In this document: positions 9,111 to 17,720 of the stretch, piece by piece
Numbering within the stretch: the stretch's first letter is position 1
How the letters are laid out: each line of letters starts with the position of its first letter
Source: Rhizomicrobium sp.
GTDB lineage: Bacteria; Pseudomonadota; Alphaproteobacteria; Micropepsales; Micropepsaceae
Length of the DNA: 32,000 nucleotides
Assembly: GCA_036266955.1 (NCBI GenBank)
Contig: DATAWY010000026.1
Location: 8,128 to 40,127 of the forward strand
Reading direction: 5' to 3'
Translations under genes and position numbers: made by a program
The notes under the pieces: model-generated
Seen by the model: the letters and a program-made list of their open reading frames with translations, nothing else
What the model was told of the DNA's origin: nothing
The model's database searches: none

Positions 9111-10166
9111 ATGCGACTGCGTCTTGCCGCATTGCTGTTGATTGAAACTACCTCATTCGCTCTGGCGCAGCCCTCTGCGGCCGACAAAGCGGCCGACGCG
9201 CAAAGAGTGGCAGATGCACAGGTGAGAGTCTGTGAGCAGCTTGTCGATTGCCGCAATGCGAAATTTCGCTACGGCAAAATCCTAACGTATCAAGGCAACT
9301 CCGCCGCTTGCGGTGAAGTCGCGTTCGGCAAGAACACGGATGGCGATCCGGATTATCAGGTTTGGATCGTTCTTATAGGAATATTAACACCCGCAATGCT
9401 CGAAAGCTCGTACCCTCAGTCCACGCGTGAAAAGATACATGCGGGGCCGTGTTCTCAAGCAACACCTGACCAAGTTCCTGCCCCAACACTTCCTACAACG
9501 GCGGCCGACCAGAAAAACGGCCATGAGTACGATTTCAGAGGTGCAAAACTTGGTATGCCCCTCGACGAGTTTAGAACTCTACGCTTCCCTGACGCGGCCA
9601 CAACATCGCAACAGTCGGTCAACGCTGACAATACGATAGGCGGCATTCCAACAATTTGGGGCGTCGCACTCTTTTGTTCGTCACAACATTACAAGGACGC
9701 TCCGGAATTGCGCCTTGAGGATTATGAAATCGATGCAGGTGAAATTAAATGCGCATATTACCAATATCTTCTAGGAACGTGGATGCAAGCGACACTTGCT
9801 ATTGGAACAAGCGGTTATTCAACAATGCCCAGCTATTACTTTATTCGTGATCCGCTTGATCAAATTCCACGGTTATATTCCATCAACGCCATCACAAACA
9901 ACAACGCCGCAGCCAACGCTCTTGAAGGACTGAAAGAAAAATTCGGGCTCCCAACAAAGTACGTGAGCAACACCGTACAAAATGCAATGGGGGCAAGCTT
10001 TCCGCATATCAGTGCCAGTTGGAAAAGTCCACTCTCTACTATTCAATTCGAAGCGCCCTACAACGAGATAGACAAAATGGCGATCATCTACACTGAAAAT
10101 CGACTTTTTTCCTACGCACACTCTGCCGAGGAGAAAGCAAAGGGTTCATCTGGGGGAAAAATGTAG
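9111..10166 (+). CDS. Hypothetical exported protein (element cargo)
   Basis: 351 aa, N-terminal signal-like MRLRLAALLLIETTSFALAQ; GGGGGGAG upstream of the ATG; no recognised family. Confidence 0.7.
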   Translation: MRLRLAALLLIETTSFALAQPSAADKAADAQRVADAQVRVCEQLVDCRNAKFRYGKILTYQGNSAACGEVAFGKNTDGDPDYQVWIVLIGILTPAMLESSYPQSTREKIHAGPCSQATPDQVPAPTLPTTAADQKNGHEYDFRGAKLGMPLDEFRTLRFPDAATTSQQSVNADNTIGGIPTIWGVALFCSSQHYKDAPELRLEDYEIDAGEIKCAYYQYLLGTWMQATLAIGTSGYSTMPSYYFIRDPLDQIPRLYSINAITNNNAAANALEGLKEKFGLPTKYVSNTVQNAMGASFPHISASWKSPLSTIQFEAPYNEIDKMAIIYTENRLFSYAHSAEEKAKGSSGGKM

Positions 10167-10291
10167 CAAACATGGAATTCGCTTGCGATGCATGGTAGGG
10201 CTAAATCGGTCCAAATTGAGTTTTTACGTTGTTTCAAACTCGTTAGAGCTAGCGGTAACACTTCGACAGGCTCTAAGCAAAAGAGGCATTT

Positions 10292-10789
10292 ATGCAAAAC
10301 ACTATTGCAATCTGCATCTTGTTTTCCATTTCATTCGTTCCCACTGAGCCGGCGTTAGCAGACTGGCAATACGCCCATTGGGGCATGACACCTTCACAGG
10401 TAGCCACAGCGTCAAGCGGCGCAGCCGCAGAAAGCGCTGGGCAACCGGGTGATCAATTAGACGGCTACGTAATCGGCGATATAGGCCGATATTCATCGGG
10501 CGAATATCATTTCAGATCGATCTACTATTTCGACAAGCGTGGACTCGCGATGATTGAGCTGACCCTGAACGGAGCGGGTTACGATGAATGCATCGCTGTT
10601 CAACTTGATTTGGAAGGGCGCTACGGAAGGCCGTATGACAGAGACGGCACTTCGGTCACTTACGGAGCCACATGGCAAGACGCGAAGGCAAACAACTTCG
10701 TATCGATTGAAACTATTGGGCGTGGCGAATCTGCTACTTGTTCGATCAGATATAGACCGTTAAAAACGAACAGCGCAAACGGATTATGA
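10292..10789 (+). CDS. Hypothetical exported protein (element cargo)
   Basis: 165 aa, signal-like MQNTIAICILFSISFVPTEPALA followed by DWQYAHWGMTPSQVATAS; AAGAGG upstream. Confidence 0.7.
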   Translation: MQNTIAICILFSISFVPTEPALADWQYAHWGMTPSQVATASSGAAAESAGQPGDQLDGYVIGDIGRYSSGEYHFRSIYYFDKRGLAMIELTLNGAGYDECIAVQLDLEGRYGRPYDRDGTSVTYGATWQDAKANNFVSIETIGRGESATCSIRYRPLKTNSANGL

Positions 10790-10823
10790 TGAAAATACCT
10801 TTTTAAGCAAAGACCATCCAATT

Positions 10824-11267
10824 TCACTCTTGTACAGAATCCAGCGCGCGTTTAATTAAGGCGCGACGACGCTGCGCGTCGATTAATTCTCCGGCTTCTT
10901 CGAATGACATCTCAGCGTAATCAATGTTTGGTTCTTGCTCTCGTTGCAGAATGAGTTCGCGCGGGACAAGCGCACCGACTAGGCGAAGGTAGGTTGCAGG
11001 ATCATCCGTGCGCAGACGAGCAATGGCGTCCGCACCATGTTCCGCAAAGTCAGCGACAATCACCGACAGGAACAATTCAGTAAGGCGGTTCCTCGCACCT
11101 TTTGGCCTTCCGCCACCGCTATTGCCGGTTAGAAAACGGCCCTTTTCGTCGCGCGCCGCAGGAGCATCCCCCTCTGCTAATCCTGCTAAGGGGGCCAACT
11201 GGTTCGCAGCTCTAGCGGGATTAGCTGACGGCCAAGGCTTTTGTTCACCCACGGCAACAGTCTCCAT
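10824..11267 (-). CDS. DUF5681-like protein
   Basis: DEKGRFLTGNSGGGRPKGARNRLTELF resembles the GRFxxGxSGNPxGRPKGxRN motif of DUF5681 proteins commonly found on mobile elements. Confidence 0.6.
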   Translation of the reverse strand: METVAVGEQKPWPSANPARAANQLAPLAGLAEGDAPAARDEKGRFLTGNSGGGRPKGARNRLTELFLSVIVADFAEHGADAIARLRTDDPATYLRLVGALVPRELILQREQEPNIDYAEMSFEEAGELIDAQRRRALIKRALDSVQE

Positions 11268-12783
11268 GCTTCTTTGCGCGGCGCACCATCAATCACCGTG
11301 CCCGGCGCCATGCGTTCGATCCAGCCGTGTTCCTCCAATATCTCGACGGCCTTACGGGCCGTCTTAGCGTCTCGCATCGCCCCTGGCCCGCGTTGGTAGA
11401 TCAGCGCCAGATAAACCAGAGGCGAAAGTTGTGCCTGCCACCACGTCAATAGACGCTGCGCTAAACGAAGTTCTGGCGTCACAGACGCACCGCCATGAAG
11501 GCGTAGCATCTCGTTTGCATAGTGCGTCGCAAGAGCGATACCCGACTGCATCGCAGTCAACGATACTTCCATCGCGTCGGGGTATCGTAAACGGTCAATA
11601 CAGCGGCTAACCGTCCTGCATGTTCAGCAAGCTTGGCCGCAAATGCACGTATTGGAACAAGAACGCCTTCGGTCGCAATTGCACCCTCGCAACTGTCGTG
11701 AAATGAAATCCATGCTCGCACCGCGTCGGAATGCAGCCGCATAGTCGGAGGGTCTAAGACATCCTCCATATCTGTTCGCGTGACCGTAGGCTTCAACAAA
11801 AGGTAACGCAGTCGATCATTGTAGCTTTCCAGTGCATCCGCCGCTCCATGCGGAGCTTCACGGAAGAACCGCGTTCCTGCCGTCGTGTCTGGTGCAACGA
11901 TCAACATTCGCGCAATCAATCCAATACCGTCAAATAGTACATCTCCCAACAGCCGTTCGGCAACTATGGGCTGCAACATAATATGGGCGCTGCAACGCCG
12001 GCCCGGCAGGAACGTCACGCCAGTACCGACGCGTCGCCGTCTGATCGCCTCACCATCCCACAAGGTATTGAACAACGCGGCGGTTCGCATTCTGCTTTCA
12101 TCATTGAAGGCTGCGCCTCCGATTAACAAGCCGCCTTCGGCCGTGAATACGCCCGCCATGGGGCGTCCTTCGGCAAGATGCAGCGTCAACGCTTCGGGCG
12201 TCGGATCAGCGATGAGCAACATGGGATGCGGCGGCGCCTTAGGCTCCGGGCCAACCGTTTCAAGAGCCGCGCAAAGACCGACCATGTCGCCTTTTTTTGT
12301 CCGTTTGGCGTGGTCACGCGCAGTCTCCCAAGCCTCCTTCGCGTTCACAAACATTTGCCGTTCACTTTGCGATTTCTGACGCCACTCACCTTCAACGCGA
12401 TAGACGGCCGCCAAAGCAATACGATCCACGCTCGATTTACGTTCGCCACTGTCCGCAACGGATATGAAGATGGCAGTAAGAGGCTTCTGCCCACCACCGG
12501 GCAACGTCACGTCCCGTTGCGCTTGAACAGCCAACGTAGCGGCGGCCAAGACAGATTGGGCAGCTATTGCAATTGGGGCTTGAGTTCGTTGGTGGATGGC
12601 GAATGTGGCGTCCCTCAAAGGTCCTAGTGCTTCCAACGGAAACTCCGGCGCGGACGATAGCGGGCGGAACAGAGGGCGCTTTTCGGGCGGCGCTCTAAGT
12701 TCAGCGGCGACAACTTGAGTAAGCTCCGTCGCATCTTTGGGAGACCAATTGGACGGGTCACAGTCCATTGCGAGCGCTCCCAT
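11186..12783 (-). pseudogene. DUF3987 domain protein (primase/helicase-associated), frameshifted into two ORFs
   Basis: ORF 11557..12954 contains the DUF3987-like core (PIAIAAQSVLAAATLAVQAQRDV, SVADSGERKSSVDR, PLLLIADPTPEALT-like, GEAIRRRRVG, HAGRLAAVLTVYD) and stops abruptly. The expected C-terminus (MEVSLTAMQSGIALATHYANEMLRLHG...YQRGPGAMRDAKTARKAVEILEEHGWI) is in ORF 11186..11572 in another frame. Likely starts are internal (12783 or 12768). Confidence 0.65.
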
Positions 12784-13624
12784 AACCGACTTGAACGCCA
12801 CTACGCACCGTTGCGCTCGCCTCACGCACTGGTAATCCGGCTTGCCGGCCGGCTTCGGTGAGAAGTGCGATAGCGGTTTCAATCTGAATGCTGCCATCGC
12901 ACACGATTTCTCGCGCGCGACATGCTGCCCAATGAAGCGTTGAATTTCGTTCACCTTTCGGGGCAGACACTACCCTGCGAACAAGTCCGATCAGCCGCCG
13001 TTTTACGGGTCCGGCCCTTGTATCGTTGGGTTTCATGATTTTCACTGGTATGGCCACTGTCGCGGGCTTGACCATCAACGCAACGAGCCATTGCGGCACT
13101 TCTGGCAAGTTTCGGTTGCCAATCGCCTTCGCGAGTTGTTCCAATGAGCCGTTGGAGAGCGAGTAGCGACGGCAATCCGCCATAATCGAACCCGCCGCTA
13201 TGACATAGGCGTTGTCGCGAATATCAACCGCTGAAACGATTTTTGCTTTCGTTTGGCCCATTTCAGGCCAACGCTGGAACAAGCAATGAAGGCCGTCGCG
13301 TGGCGTTGATATGCATGGAACCGAATGCGGCTCAAAGCCGTGTAGCGCGAACAAATCGCAGAGGGTCGCAACGCCGTCACTATTTCCGTGCCTATCGGCA
13401 TCTATGACAACAACACTATTATCTTGGCATGGCAGGCCGACTATAGCATTGGGCCATGTCTTCCACCAACTAATGATCTGCTCTTCGCTGGCACTTGCGC
13501 TATGCCATCCGCCACCGACGTATGGAGCCTTTGCATTTCCGCTTTCGCTATCAACTTCGCGACATGGGAAAACCTTAACGCCCCATTTTGCGTAGCCGAG
13601 CGCAACCATTCCGTTGACCGTCAT
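12758..13624 (-). CDS. Bifunctional DNA primase/polymerase (prim-pol) domain protein
   Basis: 288 aa: LGYAKWGVKVFPCRE...KAPYVGGGWHSASASEEQIISWWKTWPNAIVGLPCQDNSVVVIDADRH...DIRDNAYVIAAGS is the prim-pol N-terminal pattern. The start overlaps the upstream stop (ATGA). Confidence 0.8.
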   Translation of the reverse strand: MTVNGMVALGYAKWGVKVFPCREVDSESGNAKAPYVGGGWHSASASEEQIISWWKTWPNAIVGLPCQDNSVVVIDADRHGNSDGVATLCDLFALHGFEPHSVPCISTPRDGLHCLFQRWPEMGQTKAKIVSAVDIRDNAYVIAAGSIMADCRRYSLSNGSLEQLAKAIGNRNLPEVPQWLVALMVKPATVAIPVKIMKPNDTRAGPVKRRLIGLVRRVVSAPKGERNSTLHWAACRAREIVCDGSIQIETAIALLTEAGRQAGLPVREASATVRSGVQVGYGSARNGL

Positions 13625-13926
13625 TTTATCCCCGATCTCTTAAGTGTGGTCGGATCGATACCGCGTGAACGAAGAAATTCGACAATGGATCGATCGGTTT
13701 TGAGCGTCGGACAGTTGGGGGCAGTGAATAACGCACGAATTCGCATTCCGACCATACGCTTGACAACTACGAGATTAACTTCGCCCAGTACTCCGGTTCC
13801 ATCATCGGCGAACGGGATTGCCCACGATGGAAAGGGTCCATCTCCTGTTGTATAGCAACGAGCGCGAAAGCGACGGAACGGATTGGCAGCGAAAAACGCC
13901 TTGTCTGAACTTAGTGATGGCTCACG
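13621..13926 (-). CDS. Small hypothetical protein in replication operon of the element
   Basis: ORF 13621..14070; internal ATG 13926 overlaps the AlpA-like gene stop and its stop overlaps the prim-pol start, consistent with a compact operon. Confidence 0.5.
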   Translation of the reverse strand, partial: REPSLSSDKAFFAANPFRRFRARCYTTGDGPFPSWAIPFADDGTGVLGEVNLVVVKRMVGMRIRALFTAPNCPTLKTDRSIVEFLRSRGIDPTTLKRSGIK

Positions 13927-14137
13927 CATCTCGCGTGTCCGAATTGGGCCGCGCCGGCATAGGCGCTGCACGCCCTTCAAGCCACGCCACGATGACGGAT
14001 TCGGGCCAACCGACAGCCCTCTTGCCGAGTTTGATCGGCTTCGGAAATTCGCCTTGGGCGATCCCTTCATAGATCGTGCTGCGGCTCAGACCGATTCGCA
14101 ATTCAACTTCGCGACGGCGCAGAATCCTATCGGTCAT
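13922..14137 (-). CDS. AlpA-family excisionase/transcriptional regulator
   Basis: 71 aa: RILRRREVELRIGLSRSTIYEGIAQGEFPKPIKLGKRAVGWPESVIVAWLEGR matches the AlpA/MerR-like pattern. Confidence 0.88.
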   Translation of the reverse strand: MTDRILRRREVELRIGLSRSTIYEGIAQGEFPKPIKLGKRAVGWPESVIVAWLEGRAAPMPARPNSDTRDA

Positions 14138-14500
14138 CCGATTCTCCCAAGTGCGTAAGCGGCGATGGAAGTTTCATCGCATTTCGTGGTCGGTGGATGG
14201 CTCTTGTTAGGGCAGTTAGCCGGTATGGTGCGCATGTGCTTTCTCCTCGCGCCGCGCGAGCGGCACTGTTCTGGTTCATGTTTTGAGAAAGCCCCGCAGG
14301 TCCTAAACCAACGAAGCGCGCTGGCCTTGCCAGAGCAAACCTTGGCGAACACGTCGCCTTTTCACTACTGCTTCGGACCGGCCTAGCCTTACTCGAATCG
14401 CAATAGCGAACTTCGGTATTATCCGGCCAGCAGACATGCGGTCAAGAGAAAACTTCGCGCGGCCGAACAAACTACAGGTTGGCAGTCGAGTAGTTAGCGC

Positions 14501-15722
14501 TCAGACCCTGCCGCGCATTCTGACAACGTTTTCGGAATTCAAGCTTAGGTATTGCGCCCAAGTGTTCATCAATTTACGCCGCTTTTCAAACAAGTCCGAC
14601 CGTGCGTAAGCGGCTTCGGCCTTATTAGCGATGATATGCGCAAGCGCGAATTCGCAGACTTCGCGGGGAAAATTCGTTTGCTCACCTGCCCAATCCCGAA
14701 ACGAAGAACGAAACCCGTGGGGCACTGCTTCAACTCAATTCTCTCAGCAACTTCGACAACGTTGCATCCGATAGCGGTTTTCCCTTCGACGTGCCGGGAA
14801 ATACGTGCCCACTCTCGCACTTGAGCATTTGCGCTGTTTTCAGAATTTCAAGGCAACGTGCGGAGAGCGGAACGCGATGCGGACGTTTAGCCTTCATTCT
14901 CTTTGCGGGGATGATCCATTCCGCCTTTTCAAGATCGATTTCATTCCACGATGCACCCCGCGTCTCTCCCGAACGCGTGGCCGTCAAAATCATAAATTCG
15001 AGCGCCAGTTTCGACGCAAGCGATGCTTCACTTGCGTTGACGCGCTCAATAGCGTTGGCAACTTCGCCGTATGGCAGTGCACTATGGTGATTTACGGTAG
15101 AACGATCATGCTTCGGAAGCGCCCTAGCGATTGCATCGGCAGGATTGTCGCTTCGCCAGCCTTGAGCGACGGCCCATTTCATAACAGACCCGATACGCTG
15201 CTTTACGCGACGGGCCGTTTCGGGCTTTGAATTCCATACTTGCGACAACGCCGACAGCACGTCAGCGGTAGTCACAACGTCAATCCGCTTATGGCCGAAG
15301 TGTGGGAACACGTATTCATTCAGCGTATTGATCCACTGCTGGCCATGCTTCGGGTTGCGCCATGTGGGCAAATGCAGAGCGTGGACCTTTTCGGCTGCAT
15401 CCTTGAACGTCATAATGGAGGCGAGTTGCCTACGGGAAGCAACGGGATCGCCACCCATTCGGGCCGTTTTTCTGTTTTGAAGCGCCGTATCCCTTGCGTC
15501 GGCGAGCGACACGATATTGGCCGCTCCTAACCCCAGATCGCGACGCTTCCCGTGGACGACAAGGCGTTGAACCCATCGTTTCGCGCCCGACGGGTCAACC
15601 TTTAGGTAGAGGCCATGACCATCGCCATAGAAGCCCGCCACGCTCACGTTGCGAACCGCTGCGGCCGACAACCTCTTTTCCTTGTGTTGGCCCTGTGACT
15701 TCGTGCCCATGGTGTATCCCAC
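14501..15722 (-). pseudogene. P4-type tyrosine recombinase/integrase, split by a frameshift
   Basis: ORF 14730..15722 contains GDGHGLYLKVDPSGAKRWVQR and the catalytic Arg region (FMILTATRSGETRGASWNEIDLEKAEWIIPAKRMK) and ends at LLRELS*. ORF 14501..14725 (different frame) carries the catalytic HGFRSSFRDWAGE and AAYARSDLFEKRRKLMNTW segments. Confidence 0.85.
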
Positions 15723-15854
15723 ATTCCGCCCAACAATTTCGGCCGGAAGTTAGCGGTACACTTGGGAATGCTCAAGCATAATTTTGGGAATTGTCGCGGT
15801 TTTAGCGAGGTTTTTGGGATTGCCCCGGACTTTGCCGGTATTGAGTGCAGCGGA

Positions 15855-15870
15855 CTCCCTGTCCGCCATT
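15855..15870. repeat. Distal att direct repeat
   Basis: CTCCCTGTCCGCCATT, identical to 8710-8725; ~130 bp upstream of the integrase start. Confidence 0.85.
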
Positions 15871-15925
15871 GTTTCGCTCAAACATTCCCCCGGCCGCCCC
15901 AGGACCGAGGGAATCAGACGAACTG

Positions 15926-16528
15926 TCAGGCGTGCTTTGCCAGCTCGTGCTCCACATGCGCCCAGTTCACCAGGTGATCGAGGAACGTTTCCACGAAGTC
16001 CGGCCGGCGGTTCTGGAAATCCAGATAATAGGCGTGCTCCCAGACATCGCAGGTCAGCAGAGCGGCCGAGCCCAGGGCAAGCGGATTGACCGCATTGGGA
16101 GTCTTGATGACCTTGAGCTGATTGCCCTCGCGGACCAGCCAGCCCCACCCGCTGCCGAACTGGCCGACGCAGGCATTCTTGAATTCTTCCCGGAACTTGT
16201 CATAGCCGCCAAAGTTCCGCTCCAGCGCCTGGGCCACCTCCCCGTCGGGACGGCCGCCGCCGCCGGGCTTCATCGAGTTCCAGAAGAACGTGTGATTCCA
16301 GACCTGTGCCACGTTGTTGAAGATCGCGGTTTTCGAGTCATCATGGGCCGTCGCGCGGATCACATCCTCCACGGGCCTGCCCTCGAGCGGCGTGCCCTGG
16401 ACGAGCCGGTTCGCGTTGTCGACATAGGCCTTGTGATGCTTGTCATGGTGGAACTCAAGCGTCCTGGCCGACATATGCGGTTCGAGCGCATTCTTCTCAT
16501 AGGGCAGAGGCGGAAGTTCGAAAGTCAT
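15926..16528 (-). CDS. sodB: Superoxide dismutase (Fe/Mn family)
   Basis: MTFELPPLPYEKNALEPHMSARTLEFHHDKHHKAYVDNANRLVQGT...NHTFFWNSMKPGGGG...GWGWLVREG...LTCDVWEHAYYLDFQNRRPDFVETFLDHLVNW. Start placed at internal ATG 16528 of ORF 15926..16600. Confidence 0.95.
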   Translation of the reverse strand: MTFELPPLPYEKNALEPHMSARTLEFHHDKHHKAYVDNANRLVQGTPLEGRPVEDVIRATAHDDSKTAIFNNVAQVWNHTFFWNSMKPGGGGRPDGEVAQALERNFGGYDKFREEFKNACVGQFGSGWGWLVREGNQLKVIKTPNAVNPLALGSAALLTCDVWEHAYYLDFQNRRPDFVETFLDHLVNWAHVEHELAKHA

Positions 16529-16667
16529 CTTGTCCTCGCTTCGTTTGGGGCGAAAGGGCCGCGCCTTGCATACAGGGTTTGCGGGTCCGTCGATCGACAA
16601 TTACCGGCAATGGCCGGCGCCCTCAAGCGCCACTTGCGACGTTCTCTTGCCGGCACGTTCGGAGCCG

Positions 16668-17720
16668 CTACTCGAGCGGTACACTGGCTAAACCCAGCGG
16701 GCGGTTTCCGATGCAATGATTCATGGATTCAAGCTGATGGCGCGCCATCGCTCTCAACATTGAGACCATTTCACCTTCATGCGGTTCGAGTGTCTTAAGA
16801 AGTTTGATGAATTTGAGGGCATTGGAACGCAGAATGTAGTCGAATACCTCGTCGGGATTCGTCACACCTGCTTCGCCCAGTAGCGTGCCGAATATTCCGC
16901 GCGCCAGGCGGGGAACCTGCCGGTGGCCGAGCAACAGGTACGACAGCGTCAGCGTGTTCCCGTCGATTCCAGTTTTGGGGACCCGGTGCTTTCCACGCTT
17001 GACACTCTTTTCGGTATTTCGACCTATCACGATTTCCTTGTCTTCGAGCTGCACCCTGCCTGAGAGGCTGAAGGCGGCCGGTCGCGGCTCCAGAACTCCG
17101 AAACGGCAAAAAACCGAATAAGCGTCCTCGGCGCCGTAGCGGAGCGCGATGTCCTGGCGAACGTATCCCTGGACCTGGAGGTGCATTCCCCGCTCGTATT
17201 GCAGACCGTCCGCGCTGTGGTTGGCCAGTTCGAGCAATGGCGCGATGACTGCTCCGCCGCGCCAGGGGACTTCGCGGGTTTGGAGGAAATGCGTCCAGAT
17301 CCTCGTGGCGAAATCTCCCTGCAGCAGATGACCAAGCCTGAATTCCGCAATCAGCAACTCGCGCGTTTCTGGCGGAAGTCCCTCCAATGCAGCGATAAAC
17401 GAGGTGGCTTTCGCCTGTCCACCCGCCCCCCACGAAAATGCGGTTTGGTACCGTTCAAAAAATCGCCGTTCCGTGTCAGGGACATCGGCGGACTCGCGAA
17501 TACCGATCGACCCCGCGGTGAATTCGATATCGTCGACCCGGAACAGAAGATTGCGCGACACCCGCAGAAGCACCGGTTCACGCGGGTCGACGACGGAAAG
17601 GCCGCAGCCGAATTCTCCGTTCCCCAATGCGACGTTCTGCGCCGCCCCGCCAAGCGCGCAAAACGCCTCGAGCATCTCGTTCCAGGTCCACTCCCGCTGT
17701 GGGGGCGAGTCGTGCTCCAT
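16668..17720 (-). CDS. SET-domain-like protein (paralog A)
   Basis: ~350 aa. SETD3/Rubisco-LSMT-like organisation inferred from LGGAAQNVALGNGEFGCGL, VLLRVSRNLLF, APLLELANHSADG and YGAEDAYSVFCRFGVLE. Internal ATG 17720 overlaps the upstream stop (ATGA). Confidence 0.55.
   Translation of the reverse strand: MEHDSPPQREWTWNEMLEAFCALGGAAQNVALGNGEFGCGLSVVDPREPVLLRVSRNLLFRVDDIEFTAGSIGIRESADVPDTERRFFERYQTAFSWGAGGQAKATSFIAALEGLPPETRELLIAEFRLGHLLQGDFATRIWTHFLQTREVPWRGGAVIAPLLELANHSADGLQYERGMHLQVQGYVRQDIALRYGAEDAYSVFCRFGVLEPRPAAFSLSGRVQLEDKEIVIGRNTEKSVKRGKHRVPKTGIDGNTLTLSYLLLGHRQVPRLARGIFGTLLGEAGVTNPDEVFDYILRSNALKFIKLLKTLEPHEGEMVSMLRAMARHQLESMNHCIGNRPLGLASVPLE

Larger units (their letters stand above)
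8726..15870. mobile_element. Satellite-like integrative element (~7.1 kb) inserted at tRNA-Ser
   Basis: Bounded by the 16-nt perfect direct repeat CTCCCTGTCCGCCATT at 8710-8725 (tRNA 3' end) and 15855-15870. It encodes a tyrosine integrase, AlpA-like regulator, prim-pol, DUF3987 and DUF5681 proteins, and appears less GC-rich by eye than its flanks. Confidence 0.88.

Noticed and set aside
14134-14352. Small minus-strand ORF between AlpA-like and integrase genes
   Set aside because: No recognisable motif; position in the regulatory gap is more consistent with non-coding sequence.
14701-14745. Programmed ribosomal frameshift in the integrase
   Set aside because: No slippery heptamer with a convincing downstream structure was recognised, and a second gene of the same element also appears broken; mutation or sequencing error is simpler.
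8726-15870. Possible CRISPR array, restriction-modification or toxin-antitoxin cargo in the element
   Set aside because: Looked for spaced direct repeats and nuclease, methyltransferase or toxin-like motifs in the intergenic regions and ORFs; none seen.
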